A DNA stretch of 64,000 nucleotides from Takakia lepidozioides (taxonomy: Eukaryota; Plantae; Bryophyta). This document shows positions 49,266 to 62,779 of this stretch, one piece after another (the stretch's first letter is position 1; each line of letters begins with the position of its first letter). The notes beneath the pieces are model-generated. The model was not told where the DNA came from. It worked only from the letters and a program-made list of their open reading frames with translations, and ran no database searches. Both the position numbers and the translations under genes were made by a program. The DNA is taken from contig CM060731.1 of the NCBI GenBank assembly GCA_030704615.1, positions 62,992,001-63,056,000 of the forward strand, given 5' to 3'.

Positions 49266-52200
49266 TACCTTTAACTTGGAGATAACAGCGTTGCCGTCAG
49301 GGTTCCGGTTGCCGTCTCCTCTCTCAAGCCTGGTGAATCATTTGCATGTGAAGGGAACCCATTACTGAATGATTCCATGAAATGTTACAGCTATCACAGA
49401 TTACAATAAATGAGAAGGGGGCCTCAAGTAAATACATTGTTGGAAGTCATGTGATGGTGCAAAAGACAATTTTGTCTGACCTCTTTAACTTGCTTCAGAT
49501 TTTGTAGCATCGCGTCCTTCTCAGCACTCTCTCTCTTCAATGATTGCAGCAGCAATCTCTCCTTGTCAATCTCTTTTTGTAGAACCAGCCGTATCCCTTC
49601 CTCTTTCGACTTCTCATCTGCAGTTATTGACAGACCATATTTACTCGTTTGATTCCTAGTGCACACCTTGTCAAGTTAGATAAAACTAGTACAACAGAAA
49701 AAAGTACCAGAGTTCATCAAACTCAACCTATAAATGCCACTATCTGTAGCCATGTTGAACTTAGTCAGTGATGAGGGCTTGGTTCTCAGGTGTGGCCTCA
49801 ATATGCAAATTAAATGCTGGATTTCATCATTGTTGGAGAAGGCTGGATTGGTCATACTTCAGGAGAAGGCTGAAGCATCCAAAAGGCTGATGGATGAGGG
49901 ATTCCCTTTATATAACTATGTTAACCATCGCCCTTCTTGCAGGGAGCGGCCAAGAACTAGCTCTGTTAAGGTCTTTGATGGATGAAGGATGAGAGCAGTG
50001 GCAACGTTATCACAGAAATTTGACTTCAGGCCGTTGATATAACACAGCAGAGAGAGTTTCGGAAGATTGTGCTGATGCCCAAAAGCACCATTTGGATACC
50101 CATCAAACACTGTTTCAAGGTATTACCTTCCAAACTCGCAACGCTTGCCTTCGCCGCTGTAAACTGGGCTTGCAAATGAATCACATCATTTTCAAGCTGT
50201 TTCTTCTCATCCTTCAACAAATCCAGAGTTGCCAACTGACCTTCAACTTCCTGTAGTTGCAACTGGACTTCCTTCAAACTATTTTCAAGTAGTAACTTCG
50301 ACTGGACCTCCTCTGTGAATCTAACACCCACTTCCATACCCTTTCGCACTGCATTCTCGAGAGTTTTGATTTCTGCAAGTAATGAACCATTTGCTTTAAC
50401 GAGCTCCTCGGCTGTTGTTTCCAACTTTCCCTTCTCAAGTGTCACATCACCTAATTTAGTCTGTAGCTCAGCGTTTTCAATCTCTATCTGTGCAAGCCTC
50501 ACATTTTTTGCCGAAATTTCTTCCTCGAGAATGGCCCTCATCTCGATGTCTCTAGCCATTATGGTAAGCACCTCTTCTGATTTCTTGGTTTTGGCTATCT
50601 CGATTGCTAGTGCCTCCCTTAGACGAACCCTCTCTTTCTGTAAGTCATTAACTGAATCTTCTAACCCGACTCGCTCTGCTCTAAGCAAAGCTATCTCCTC
50701 CTCCGCCAACCTCAAGTTGTTAGCATTGCTCCTCTTCTCCCTGGCCACATTGGCCAACCTCTCCTTCACATCATCCAATTCTGCGTTCAGCTTGGGTACT
50801 TGCTCCAACGCTGTCCGTGCTTGATTTGCCAACCAATCATTCTTGTCCCTCAGCTCCTTCAGACATAAACCTCTCGTCAGATCCAAACTATTAAGGGCTG
50901 CAGTCTTTCTTGAGCTGGAACCTCACAAAACCTGATCTGCTTCAGCTTGAGCTACTTAAATCCCAGAAAGATACGGTTTAAAGCTCCAACTAGACTCCAA
51001 AATTGATCTCCTCTTTACGACGTCACCAACATGCCCAAATGCAATTTGGCAGCACTGTCAATTTCTGTGGTGCTAAGACTTAGAAGGCATACCAGGGGAC
51101 CTCAAGGCAGACAAAATCTCAAGCAATGATGTCTCAATGCTTGTTAGCCATGGTTTGGACATCCCTCAGGCTTTTGAATTGATATTTCTGCAACCTCTTA
51201 TTATGTGCTTGATATATCTTGAAATTTCATTTCTCTTCAAAATGTGAGGCAGAAAACAGTTTACAGAAATCTTGTGGAATGAGACAATAAAGTGAGATAA
51301 TCCTCTGAGATATGAGGAAGACTCCTGACCCCAGATCTATCCAGAGCCCGCTCATCCATTTAAGAGGCCTTCGGTTACGTAGTTACGAGGACATGATGTG
51401 CATATTGGCAGACATGACGAAGCATGAAGTTTCTGAACTTGGTTAGGCAGGAACTCACCAGCCCATGAGAAATAGAACTTTGGTTTGGATTTATTTCCAT
51501 CGAAACTTTTTCCGGTCTCATGGTTCCCAAGCTTTGACTGTACAACAAGAAACTTGTTCTTTGTGTCTCCCCTCTCTATTTTTAGCCCCCCTATCTTAGT
51601 ACTAATAGGGTGACAATCTCTTGCCTTAGATCCCATTTTCAACTTGTCAACAAAAGGTTACCTCATATGTTGATGCGATATCGTGGACATACAAGAGGAA
51701 GAGTATAATTCACCTTCATGCCACCCTTCAGGAGCTTCATGTTTGTCGTCCTCTCAGTAACTGCTCCCTCTGTTGTTTCCTAGAGACAGGGATTCAACTA
51801 CGTCAGGCATTGCAGTAATGAAAGGTTGGGGGGTTGATGGCACGAACTCATGCACATAGAAGAGGAAGGGTACTTTTTACCTTCATGCCACCTTTAGTGA
51901 ACTGTTTTCTGCTGGTCCTCTCAGCAAGCTCTGCCTGTGTCGGTTGCAGCAGATCAGCCATGGTACTCTTCATATTCTTTGAATGATGTTTGAAGAGCAG
52001 CTGGTATCAGCGAACCAGAGTCACTTGCGACTGTGGAGCCTGGAGGCTTCACAGCAGGCAACATGAAACTTGAATCCCTTGACTGTTTTCTTGATGGGCG
52101 GAACATCCGACCCGGAGGTGGGGTTGTGGCAAGTACAGCAAGGCCAAAGGTCAAAACACGCATGGTTTCCCTGCAGTCGGCTATTACTGCCCCTGCAGTC

Positions 52201-52343
52201 ATCCTCTCTTTCACATTTTTCATTCTTTCTTCTCCCAATGTGGATCTCAGGTTTGCTATTTCAGTGGATAGTGCATCTTGCTCCAAAAAACGCAAATCAT
52301 GGTCTGCTTGCAGCTTTTCATGACCACGTATCCACTCCTCCAC
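49266..52343 (-). pseudogene. Fragmented multi-exon long coiled-coil protein gene
   Basis: Heptad-rich E/L/K ORFs at 52343-51954, 50886-50026 and 49666-49470 with splice-like ends; stops and frameshifts; family not recognised. Confidence 0.55.
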
Positions 52344-52639
52344 CTACCACCAATCAAAGAATTTGATATAGAGAACGTTTCCAATAACGTAAGCAAAGGA
52401 TGTCAAACCAGTTGTACAGATTTAGTAATCATTACTCCTAGCTCTGGAAAGTGCAATTCTTACTCTGACCCAACAGATTCTAATGAACTTTGGCCGGATT
52501 TTGTTGACTTTGTTCCAACACTTATTGTCTTGGATTCTATTCTGTTTTTTGAATGGTGAATCTTCAAGAGTATTTTTGATTTGCAGATTCATTTGGAATG
52601 TATGGGAATTGTAGGAGGATTGTATAGGAATGTATGAAT

Positions 52640-53300
52640 CACTTACACACCACTCTGTTAGTGGTATATGTAAGATTGTGACAATAGGCAAGAGTGGTTG
52701 TACTCCTCCAGATATAACCCCAATCACTTACATACCACTCTGGTAGTAATAATTCAAATACGTGGTTCATACTTGGTGGAACACACTGGATGACTCAGTC
52801 AGTGGTTTTAGCACACAACCTAACCACTACATTGATATTGGTAGAACCACTCACTAAATGGTTTTAGCACACAACCAAACCACTACATCAATATTATGAG
52901 AACCACATTTGTAATATGGCCACGTGTTCAGATAATGGACAACATAATCGTCTAACTGGATTCGGCCACATGTCCGTGTGAATACAGTTACGTGTCCGTC
53001 GATTGCTAAGTATGATCGACGGGTTTGTGGTGTTCACGTCGCATACGGTGGAAGTGGTATGTTCTGAAGTGGTTAGTTTACCACTGTGACACGTCAAAAG
53101 TGGTAAGTTTACTATTGTGACACGTGAGCAAACAGCTAGATTCGGAGGCAAGTGATCGTAACCACTGTCTTTAACCACTTCGGATACGTCATGTCTTTAA
53201 CCACTGCTGAGTCAAGATCCACTGGTTCTACACCACTCTGGGGCCAGAGTGGTTGGGTGTTTTTTCCTACTCAAAATGAGTGGTTACCAGTGTGGTTATT
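52640..53300. repeat. Cluster of ACCACT/AGTGGT motifs in both orientations with a ~40-bp direct repeat; DNA-transposon subterminal-like
   Basis: More than 12 accact/agtggt copies; tggttttagcacacaacc(t/a)aaccactacat repeated at ~52803 and ~52859. Confidence 0.55.
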
Positions 53301-53646
53301 CCGCGTTTTCCTTCTAATGATTCAATCCTTGTTATTGTGGATCGTTTTACGAATATGACACATTTCATTCTATGTAATAAGACGGTTACAGGCGAGGAAA
53401 CTGCAAGACTCTTCTTCAATAATATCTACCGCATTCATGGACTCCCGAATGACATCGTATCTGATCGAGGGCCACAGTTCATATCAAATTTCTGGAGGGG
53501 ATTATTTCACATATAAGATACTAAGATTAATCTCTCTACCACTAATCATCCACAGACTGATTGTCAAACCGAACGCGTAAACCAGATTTTGTAGCAGTAT
53601 TTTCGTTGTACGATAAATTATCACCAAGACAATTGGACGGACTTTC

Positions 53647-56600
53647 TGTCAAGGACGAGAACATGACTGAACACAAACAAGAGATAAAACTAGAGGTACA
53701 AGGCTAGACAAGAAGTCAAGGTCGGCGTGGCCGAATGCACGATGAGTAAATATGAATCAAGATGATCTTATAACAATGAACAAGAGTACAAGATATTAGA
53801 ACACGACTTGAATACTGGAATGCTGAAAACTAGACTGGAGTACCAGATACTGGAAACTAGACTAGAGTACTGGGAACTGGACTGAAGTACTGAGAACTGG
53901 AAACAAGAGTAGTTTGAACTGGTGGCGAGACTGAAGAGTATCCAGTCTCGCCTCCTATATATACTGGCTACTAAGAAGCTTCCCCAAGAAGCTTCTCCTA
54001 TGGAGGTTTCTTGCTGGAGAAGTTTCCAAGATTAAACAAAAGATTTATGGATGGAGAAGTTTCCTCCAAAGGAAGCTTCCTGAGTAGTTTCCAAGTTACT
54101 CTTGATAATTTGGTAAACTCCCGGTAACTTGGTAAGTAATGGTAGATCATGGTAGATCATGGTAAATCACGGTAAGTCATGATAACTTCCGGTAATATGG
54201 TAACTTGATAACTTCTGGTATTTACTCCTAGTAAGTTCTTCTGGACTATGTCCGTGACATCACCCCCTCCTCTAGCGCCGAGTTCCTCGAGGAGCGGTAA
54301 AATCTTGGACTTGCTTAGAGTTAGAAAAAATCCAAAATCCGGCGAATGGTACTTGTCAAGTATTCGGCTCTTCGTTCTTGACTAAAATGATTTATAGGTC
54401 CCTGCAACCATCGATAGTGTCCAACACCTTGAACTTGGGACCACGTAGTGATTTGAGCATTTTGATTTTCGAAGCTGCCTTCAAACATGATTTCGTTGCC
54501 CTCTGGGTCCGAAGCCTCAACCTCCAACAGAATTATCAGACTTCGAGTATGCTCCACTTGCCGTCGTACGGGGTTCAGACGAGGAAGTACGCGTTGCATT
54601 GGTGGCTCATCGTCTCGAGAGCGTCGGCGTGATGTTGAAGGTCGTGAAAGTCGGAATGGCTGATTTGGTAGCTGGGTAAGCGACAACTCCAATGTATCTG
54701 GTTTCTGTGACTCCATACTGCCAATACAAGATGCAAGAGTGCTGGAAGTGTAGCTATATATACTGATGTGTGGTGCTCCTCCCTCCTTAGAGTGTATCAG
54801 GTATATTGAATGTGGAGTCTTCACCTTGAAGCTAACTTGGCTGACATCATTGTTGTGACGTCTTATTGATGTGTAGCTCGGGGCTTAGCTGGATATCGTT
54901 AATGAAACTCTTGGACTTTGTCAGATGCATTGGCGAGGTTGGATGAAGGTTCCCACGTTCGTTCGCTGATGTTGTAGCCTTTCCAATGTACGAAATACTC
55001 AAGACGTTTATACTTGATGCGAGAGTCTAGGACTTCGTCGACTTCATACTCAATTTCCTGATTGACTTCGACTGGTGGAGGTGGTACGGAAACTCTCCCT
55101 GGAATATTCGATGGATGATACAACTCCAATAATGAAACATGAAAGACTGGATGGATGCGCATACTTCGTGGGAGTTCAAGCCGAAAACTGACCGGATTTA
55201 TTTGTCGAATAATTTTGAATGGTGCCAGACGTTGATAATCCAACTTCCTTTATGGTCGCGAGGTTTGTATGTCTCGTCGAAGAAGCCACACACGATCTCC
55301 GACCTTGAACTGGGGTTGGAATTGGCGACGTTGATCGGCATACTCCTTGTATTGTTTTTTAGCTTCTGCGATGTGGGATGTAAGCTCTTTGTGAATCGTA
55401 GCAAGATGAGTAGCAAGGTTTTCTGCAGCAGGGCTTCCAACAGTCTTCATGTGGAAAGGGTTTGCTCGAGAATGATGACCATAATTGGACAAAAATGAAG
55501 TTTGCTTGGTCGAAGAATGTAGTGTTGTTGTAGGCAAACTCAGCCAATGACAGAAGGTCCGTCCAATTATCTTGGTGATAATTTATCGTACACCTCCAAA
55601 ATTTGGTTTACACGTTCGGTTTGACCATCAGTCTGTGGATGATTAGCTGTAGAGAGGTTGATCTTAGTATCCAATATGCGAAGTAATCCCCTCCAGAAAT
55701 TTGATATGAACTGTGGTCCTCGATCAGATACGATGTCCTTCGGGAGTCCATGAATGCGGTAGATATTATTGAGGAAGAGTCTTGCAGTTTCCTCGCCGGT
55801 AACCCCTTATTACATGGAATGAAATGTGTCATCTTCGTAAAACGATCTACAATAACAATGATTGAATCGGTGGTCTTGGAAATTGGAAGGTCCGTAATAA
55901 AGTCCATAGACACGGACGACATGGACTCTCGGGAATAGGTAATGGTTGAAGAAGGCCGTAAGGTCGATGTCGTGGTCCCTTCGCTCTAGCACACGTGTCA
56001 CAAGATTTTATAAATTCTTTCACGAATTTTCACATCTGCGGCCACCAATAGTCCCTGGATATCAACTCCAATGTTTTGTTGAAGCCGAAATGTTCTGCAG
56101 CCGGAAGATCATGACATGTTTGAAGAATTCGAAGTCGTGTAGGTCCTGGAGGTACATAGAGAAGTCCCTTGAAGTAAAGTAAGTCATCTTTGAATTCAAA
56201 GTCGTTTGTAACATGTGGGTTGTCTCGAGGTTGATTTAGTTGACTTCGTAGTGTCGTAGCAAAATGGTCGCTCTTCAGTGCTTCCTGAATCTCCTTTATG
56301 ATCTCTGCATCGTCATAGGTGGACATTGATAACATATTCAATTGGAGATTTGCTGGTTTCAAGATAATGGATTTTTGTTGGTCAAAAATTGCATCCCCTT
56401 CTTTTTGCGCAAGATACGATCGTTGAGAAAGAGCGTCTGGTTTTCTTTGAAGATATCCGGGACGGTAGGTAATAACAAAATCAAACCTTGCTAGTGACAT
56501 ACTCCATCTCGCTTGACGTCGATTCAAAACACGAGCACTCATAAAATATTCGAGGTTTTTGTGATCGGTATAAACAGTGACTTGATGTTTAGCTCCCTCC

Positions 56601-57281
56601 AATAAATGTCGTCACTCCTCAAAAACATCGATAATCGCTAGAAATGTCATGGATTTCATAGTTGATCTCCGTAGTGGAAAATTTGCGAGAACGAAAACCA
56701 ACAGGGTAGAGTCGGCCATCTGTACCGTATTGAGAGAGTTTTGCGCCAAGTACAAAGTTCGATGCATCTGCTTCTAAGAAGAATGATTTAGATGGGTCTG
56801 CATGTATCAGTATTGGAGCCGTTGTGAATGCGTGCTTCAACCTTTCAAATGTCTGGTCAGCCTTCTCGTCCCATATAAATTTGTCCTTTTCTGTGAGTCG
56901 TGTCAATGGCTTGAACTGGTGTTGGCGAGACTGAAGAGTGTCCAGTCTCGCCTCCTATATATACTGGCTACTAGGAAGCTTCCCCAAGAAACTTCTCCTA
57001 TGGAGGTTTCTTGCTGGAGAAGTTTTCAAGATTAAACAAAGGTTTCTTGATGGAGAAGCTTCCTTAAACAAAGGAGGTATCTTGATGGAGAAGTTTCTTC
57101 CAAATGAAGCTTCCTGAGTAGTTTTTTAAGTTACTATTGATAATTTGGTAAATTTCCGATAACTTGATAAGTAATTGTAAATCATGGTAAATCATGGTAA
57201 ATCACGGTAAGTCATGATAACTTTCGGTAACATGATAACTTGGTAACTTCTGGTATTTACTCATGGGATATGTCCGTGACA
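53647..57281 (-). mobile_element. Nested Gypsy chromovirus of the same family, internally deleted; 3' LTR 53647-54259, partial 5' LTR ~56912-57281, TSD CTTTC
   Basis: TG..CA LTR ends; ctttc at 53642-53646 and 57282-57286; PPT complement tcaccccctcc at 54260; RNase H, integrase and chromodomain fragments 54840-56906. Confidence 0.93.
54321..54716 (-). CDS. Extra ~131-aa ORF of unknown function between the Gypsy integrase and the PPT
   Basis: Open from ATG 54716 (MESQKPDTLELS...RRILDFF*); decayed paralogue at ~58112-58500; TATATATA ~40 bp upstream. Confidence 0.55.
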   Translation of the reverse strand: MESQKPDTLELSLTQLPNQPFRLSRPSTSRRRSRDDEPPMQRVLPRLNPVRRQVEHTRSLIILLEVEASDPEGNEIMFEGSFENQNAQITTWSQVQGVGHYRWLQGPINHFSQERRAEYLTSTIRRILDFF

Positions 57282-59309
57282 CTTTCTGCCATTAACTAAG
57301 TTTGCCTATAACAACACTATACATTCTTCGACCAAACAAACTCCATTTTTCTCCAATTATGGTCATCATCCTCGAGCACACCCTTTCCACATGAAGACTG
57401 TTGGAAGCCATGCTGCAGAAAACCTTCCTACTCATGTTGCTACGATTTACAAGAAGCTTACATTCCACCTCGAAGAAGCTCAAAAACAATACAATGAGTA
57501 TGTAGATCAACATGGCCAATTCCAACCCCAGTTCAAGGTCGGAGATCGTGTACGGCTTCTTCGACGGGACATACAAACCTCGCGACCATCAAGGAAGTTG
57601 GATTATCAACGCTTGGGAACATTCAAAATTACTCGACAAATAAATCCGGTTAGTTTTCGGCTTGAACTTCCACAAAGTATGCGCATCCACCCAGTCTTCC
57701 ATGTCTCATTATTAGAGTTGTATCATCACTCAAGTATCTCCGGACGAGTTTCTGTACCACCTCCACCAATTGAAGTCAATCATGAAATCGAGTATGAAGT
57801 CAACGAAGTCCTAGACTTTCACATCAAGTATAAACGTCTTGAGTATTACGTACATTGGAAAAGCTACGACATCAGCGAACGAACATGAGAACCTTCATCC
57901 AACTTTGCCAATGCATCTGACAAAGTCCAAGAATTTCATCAACGATATCCAGCTAAGCCCCGAGCTACACGTTAATAAGACGTCAGCCAAGGTAGCTTTA
58001 AGGTGAAGACTCCACATTCAGTGCACTTGATACACGCTAAGGAGGGAGGAGCACCACACATCAGTATATATAGCTACAATTCCAAACACTCTTGCATCTT
58101 GTATTGGCAGCATGGAGTCACAGGAAGCAAATACATTGGAGCTGTCGCGTACCCAATTACCAGACCAGCCGTTCCGATTCTCACAACCTTCAACATCACG
58201 CCGACGCTCTCGAGACGATGGGCCACCAAGGTGACGCGTACTTCCTCGTCTGGACCTCGTACGACGGCAAGTGGAGCCGACTCGAAGTCTGATAATTTTG
58301 TTGGAGGTTGAGGCTTCAAACCCAAATGACAACGAAATCATGTGTGAAGGCAGCTTCGAAAATCAGAATGCTCAAATCACTGCGTGAATTCAAGGTGTTG
58401 GACACTATCGATGGTTGGAGGGACATATATATCATTTGAGTCAAGAACGAAGTGCCGAATACTTGACAAACATCATTCGCCGGATTTTGGATTTTCTTCA
58501 ACTCTAAGCAAGTCCAAGATTTTACCACTCATCGAGGAACTCTGCGCTAGTGGAGGGATGATGTCATGGACATAGCCCAGCGGAACTTATCAGGAGTAAA
58601 TACCATAAGTTATCATGTTATCGAAAGTTATTATGATTTATTATGATCTACCATGATTTATCATAAGTTACGATTAGTTACTAAGTTACCGGGAGTTTAT
58701 CAAATTACCGAGAGTAACTTGGGAAACTGCTCAGGAAATTTTTTTTGAAGGAAACTTCTCCATCAAGAAACCTCCATCGGGGAAGCTTCTTAGAGAACTT
58801 CCTAGTTGCTAGTATATAGAAGGCGAGACTGGACACTCATCAGTTTCGCAAACACAAGTTTAAGCTACTCTTGTTCCCAGTCCCAGTACCCAGTTCAGCT
58901 TCCAGTACTCTACAATTTCCAGTATCTGGGACTCTAGTCCAGTTTCCAGCATACTAGTATTCAAGTCGAGTTCCAGTATCTTGTACTCTTGTCCCTTATT
59001 ATAAAGATCATCTTGATTCCTGTTTACCCATCATGCATTTGGCCACGTCGACCTTGATTTAGTGTCTAGTCTTGTACCTCTAGTCTGATCTCTTGTTTGT
59101 GTTCAGTCATGTTCTCGTCCTTAACACATGTTGAGTCCATTGGAAGTCCATGGAAAAAAAAAAAAATTGAACCTATTGCTTTCAGTTTGTTCTTTAAAAA
59201 ATAGATAGTAGTATACACAACATTTTTAGTAAAGAGTCTCTCCTCAAATATTGAAAACATTCAAGTTACTAGATTTTTTTACTCTGATGGTTTAATCTAG
59301 TAAAACCAT

Positions 59310-59880
59310 GGAGGGAGGTCACTGTAGAAACTGCCATGTTACACAAAAACTGAGACACCCAATCCTACAAATACCCCGGTCCAGTCACAAAACAGAAGAT
59401 TGTTGGAAATATGTCACATGTCTTCATTGTGGAATAGTAGGTCATCATTTGGAGCGCCGCTGATAAAGAAACATCGATAGGCCAAAACCTACAACCCAAT
59501 GGCTGCAAATTGACCAAAATCTACGGGGTCAAAGAGTGTCATATCCTGATCAGTATAATCATGTGCCTCCAGCAAATTTATCACCCCAACACATGATGTA
59601 CTTTGCTCCTCAAATATTACAAAGATCCCCAAAATCCAGTCCCACTAAGCAATCTCAATTAGTCAACAGCCTAGGGTGTCGTTTGCAGATCCTGTGATGC
59701 AGGAAATGCAAACTCAACTTTTGTGGCGAGAGCTAATATCCACGATAACGCATAAAACTTCAAGTTTGGAAACACCGTTTGTAATTCCTCGTCCAAGTGT
59801 AATCAATTTTTTGAAGTTGTTGATGGCGAATTTTTACATCGCTATTTGGTCATGCGCCCAAAATGATGTCTTTCCATAAT
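59310..59880 (+). pseudogene. Remnant with a CCHC-like zinc knuckle and an FCP1/NIF phosphatase-like fragment
   Basis: CLHCGIVGHHLER at ~59420-59458; VIPRPSVINFLKLLMANFYIAIWSCA at ~59780-59857, parallel to VFPRPQVCEFLNLLFRHFYVGIWSCA at 40720-40800. Confidence 0.6.
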
Positions 59881-60806
59881 GTTGGAAAGTCGGGTAGGCG
59901 TTTGTATACTAATTTCATCTGTTGTAGTATGAGCAGCGTACGTGCAGTAGGGATCGTCTTATCTCCATATTAACTTCGTATTAGCTTCGTATTTCATTAA
60001 ATCCAGACTTCTTGAAAATCCGGATTTTGATAAAAGTGAGTTACTAAAAACTACTCTAAGTGCATGCCTTGCATCCTGTGCTACCATTAATCAGACATCG
60101 TTACATGCACCTCGAGCCCCATCCCTACTTGAGTGAAAGTAGTAGTCTGTAGAGGATCGTGTATAACATTTCTCGTGCTTCATGGCTGTACCTTCTAATT
60201 CATTCCTATTTGTTTTTCATCAAGACCACCATCACACTATTTTTCACATCCAATCTAGATATCACATGGTTCACTACCAAGTCCAATTTAGTTGACAATG
60301 TTGCATGTCATCATCATGAAACATACAAGCACCATTTTGAATGATTCTCCAAGTAATTGATTTTCCTCGGTACCAGCTTGCAGCGACTTGCCATCTGTGA
60401 GTGTAAGTATCCCCTTCCGAATTGGTATATGTACCCGTACAAGTCAGCATCATCGAAGACCCCCACGAAATAGGGATATCAAATGCTGTATTTGAAACTA
60501 TAGTCTGCAATGCTCAACATTGAAATCATCATTAGAAAATGCAATGAAGATGTAATTTTGCTTATACAATAGCTCTACAAGAGCTACAAATGACGGGGTT
60601 TACAATATCTAACTTACTATGTATCACACACTTGACATTTTGATTTGTGTTCTTAAAAGAGGAAAAAAAACATAGTGATCCAAAATGAATTAGAAAATAT
60701 GTTTTGGAGAAAATGATAATAATAATAATAGTAAACCATATAAAGTCAAAAACTATACATCATGAAGATATGGTAGTTCATCAACTCTAGCCTCCGTCAA
60801 GGTTAA

Positions 60807-61450
60807 CCCTTAGCGCCCAGTAGCCATTTTTTTCCTTTCAAAAACCCAATCCCTGAGCTGAAAAAGCCTTCTAATTTTGTGAAAAAAAACACAATTTTAA
60901 AATTCTGACCGCACATTATGTGCATATATACCTACTAAAGGGATCTGCCAATCTATAAGGCATTCAGGTGAAAATTGAGAAAAACCCACCGTTGCAAGCG
61001 GGCGGCCCATTTTTGGGCGCACACCAAAATTACAAACGAGATTTCTTATTTTGAAGATTTGGTGATGAGATGATTTCCAAATTAGCTTAATCTACTCCCA
61101 ATTCATCTTTGGTAGGATGTTGCATCCAATCCAAGAAACAAAAATGCATTTCGGGCAAAAGATGGTGTAATGACATTTACACCAGATTGGGGGTCAATAT
61201 GGAAGAGACATTTTCTTATGTAAGAGGAGAGTTTTCTCAAGTTCCGGAGATGTTAAAACTCTGACACCACAAACCAAACTTCCTTTTCTTTGATTGGGAA
61301 AATTAAAACGCTAATAAAAAAAAATCCCACAAATCACGTATTGGATTCCATGGCATCAACAACTCAAAATTTTGGATCAATTGATTGAAATATGAGAAAA
61401 CCATATCAGAAAAACAAAGGCCCAAAACTGGCTAAATAGGCACTTAAGGG
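60807..61450. mobile_element. piggyBac-like non-autonomous element (644 bp)
   Basis: TTAA|cccttagcgcccagtagcca ... tggctaaataggcacttaaggg|TTGA: imperfect ~20-bp TIRs with CCCT/AGGG ends and a TTAA-type TSD (one mismatch). Confidence 0.6.
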
Positions 61451-61591
61451 TTGAAATAGAGAATGCATTATTATGCAAAGATAAGAGTGAATTGGCCTAA
61501 ATGCAATCATGTACAACTTGTTAGAGAGCTTTTCAATATGAGCAAGATAAATTATGAGGTGATATTCATGAATCTGATGGAGAGTTCTTAC

Positions 61592-61810
61592 AAATGACGA
61601 TGGCGTAGGAGCAGGATCATCAAATTCGCAAGCAAATGTTATGGGGTAATCCAAATAATTCTCCAAGTTTGCCTGATAATCCTGATAATCAGCAGACGTT
61701 GCAGATAAGCAGGAGAGACATCCAATAGTAATGATTGGTAGAACAAAAGTGAACAACAATATATCTTTTCCAAGTTGTGGTATGGGAGAAAAACCTTGTC
61801 TTCTCGTCAT
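61592..61810 (-). other. Possible first exon of a secreted-protein gene
   Basis: MTRRQG..ILLFTFVLPIITIGCLSCLSA signal-peptide-like stretch ending at a ttt|gtaag donor; no downstream exon identified. Confidence 0.3.
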
Positions 61811-62779
61811 TGTACATACACATACACGGAAAAGAAGAAGGTGAGTTAATATATTAGAATTAATACTTAGATTCAATGCTACAATCATGTGCTTGTAGTG
61901 GGAGGAGGAAGAAGAGAATGACTCTTGAAGCAAATTTAACTCCAGCCCAAAGGGCTTTTGTCTAATTGGGTTTGGAATGTGCTTGCAGTAGTGCATATGT
62001 TAAGCTTAGAGTTCCAACCAAAGTCTTTATAAATAACAACATTTTTTTCTTACTTTGAATAGTTTATTACAACACATAAGTCAATTTTAACTTAATCCAA
62101 ACTTTGGCCTAAATCAAGATCAAACTTGATATGCGACAATATTTTTGTCTTATAAACTTGATTTCTAAGATTTTATAGCAAATTGGAGAGATTATAATTA
62201 TATAAAATTGATGACATATTAATTGTAGTCAATTTGATTGTCAAAGGGGTCCATACAATTAAGATATAGTTATATTTATAACATGATTGATGTTATAGTT
62301 CGTGTCAAAATGTCAATGTTGACAAGTTTGAGAGTTTTAATTGATTCATTGGATGCACTAGCAAATGTAGTACCGGTTTAGGCTGCTCATATCACTGATC
62401 ATCTGACATCACTTTAAATTTTTTCAATAAAATGGTATCTTGTTGAACTCAGGTTGCACAAAATGACTCTCTGTAGACTAAATACGTGATTCAGCGTTAC
62501 GTCGTAAGTTACATCATGACTCCGCATCCTAGCGTCAATTTGCTTCTTCGAATATTTTGGAATATTCACGTCACGTCACATCATTTTGTGCAACCTAGTT
62601 GTTGTTTCTGTGACTAATTAACACATGACTGTCTGTAGATATTTTATAGACATAATTATTGTCAACACACGATTAGCAATGCTATAAGACCTTTACAAAA
62701 TACCATCTAATGCATGATAAAATGATAATATGTTGTTGTTCATGTAACTATTTAACACTTAGAGTTAAACCCTAAACCA

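Larger units (their letters stand above)
53300..59126 (+). mobile_element. Host Ty3/Gypsy chromovirus fragment (integrase-chromodomain, PPT, 3' LTR 58562-59126), split by a nested copy
   Basis: [30 protein letters not shown] | [31 protein letters not shown]; PPT ggagggatga; LTR TGTCA...TTAACA. Confidence 0.9.
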
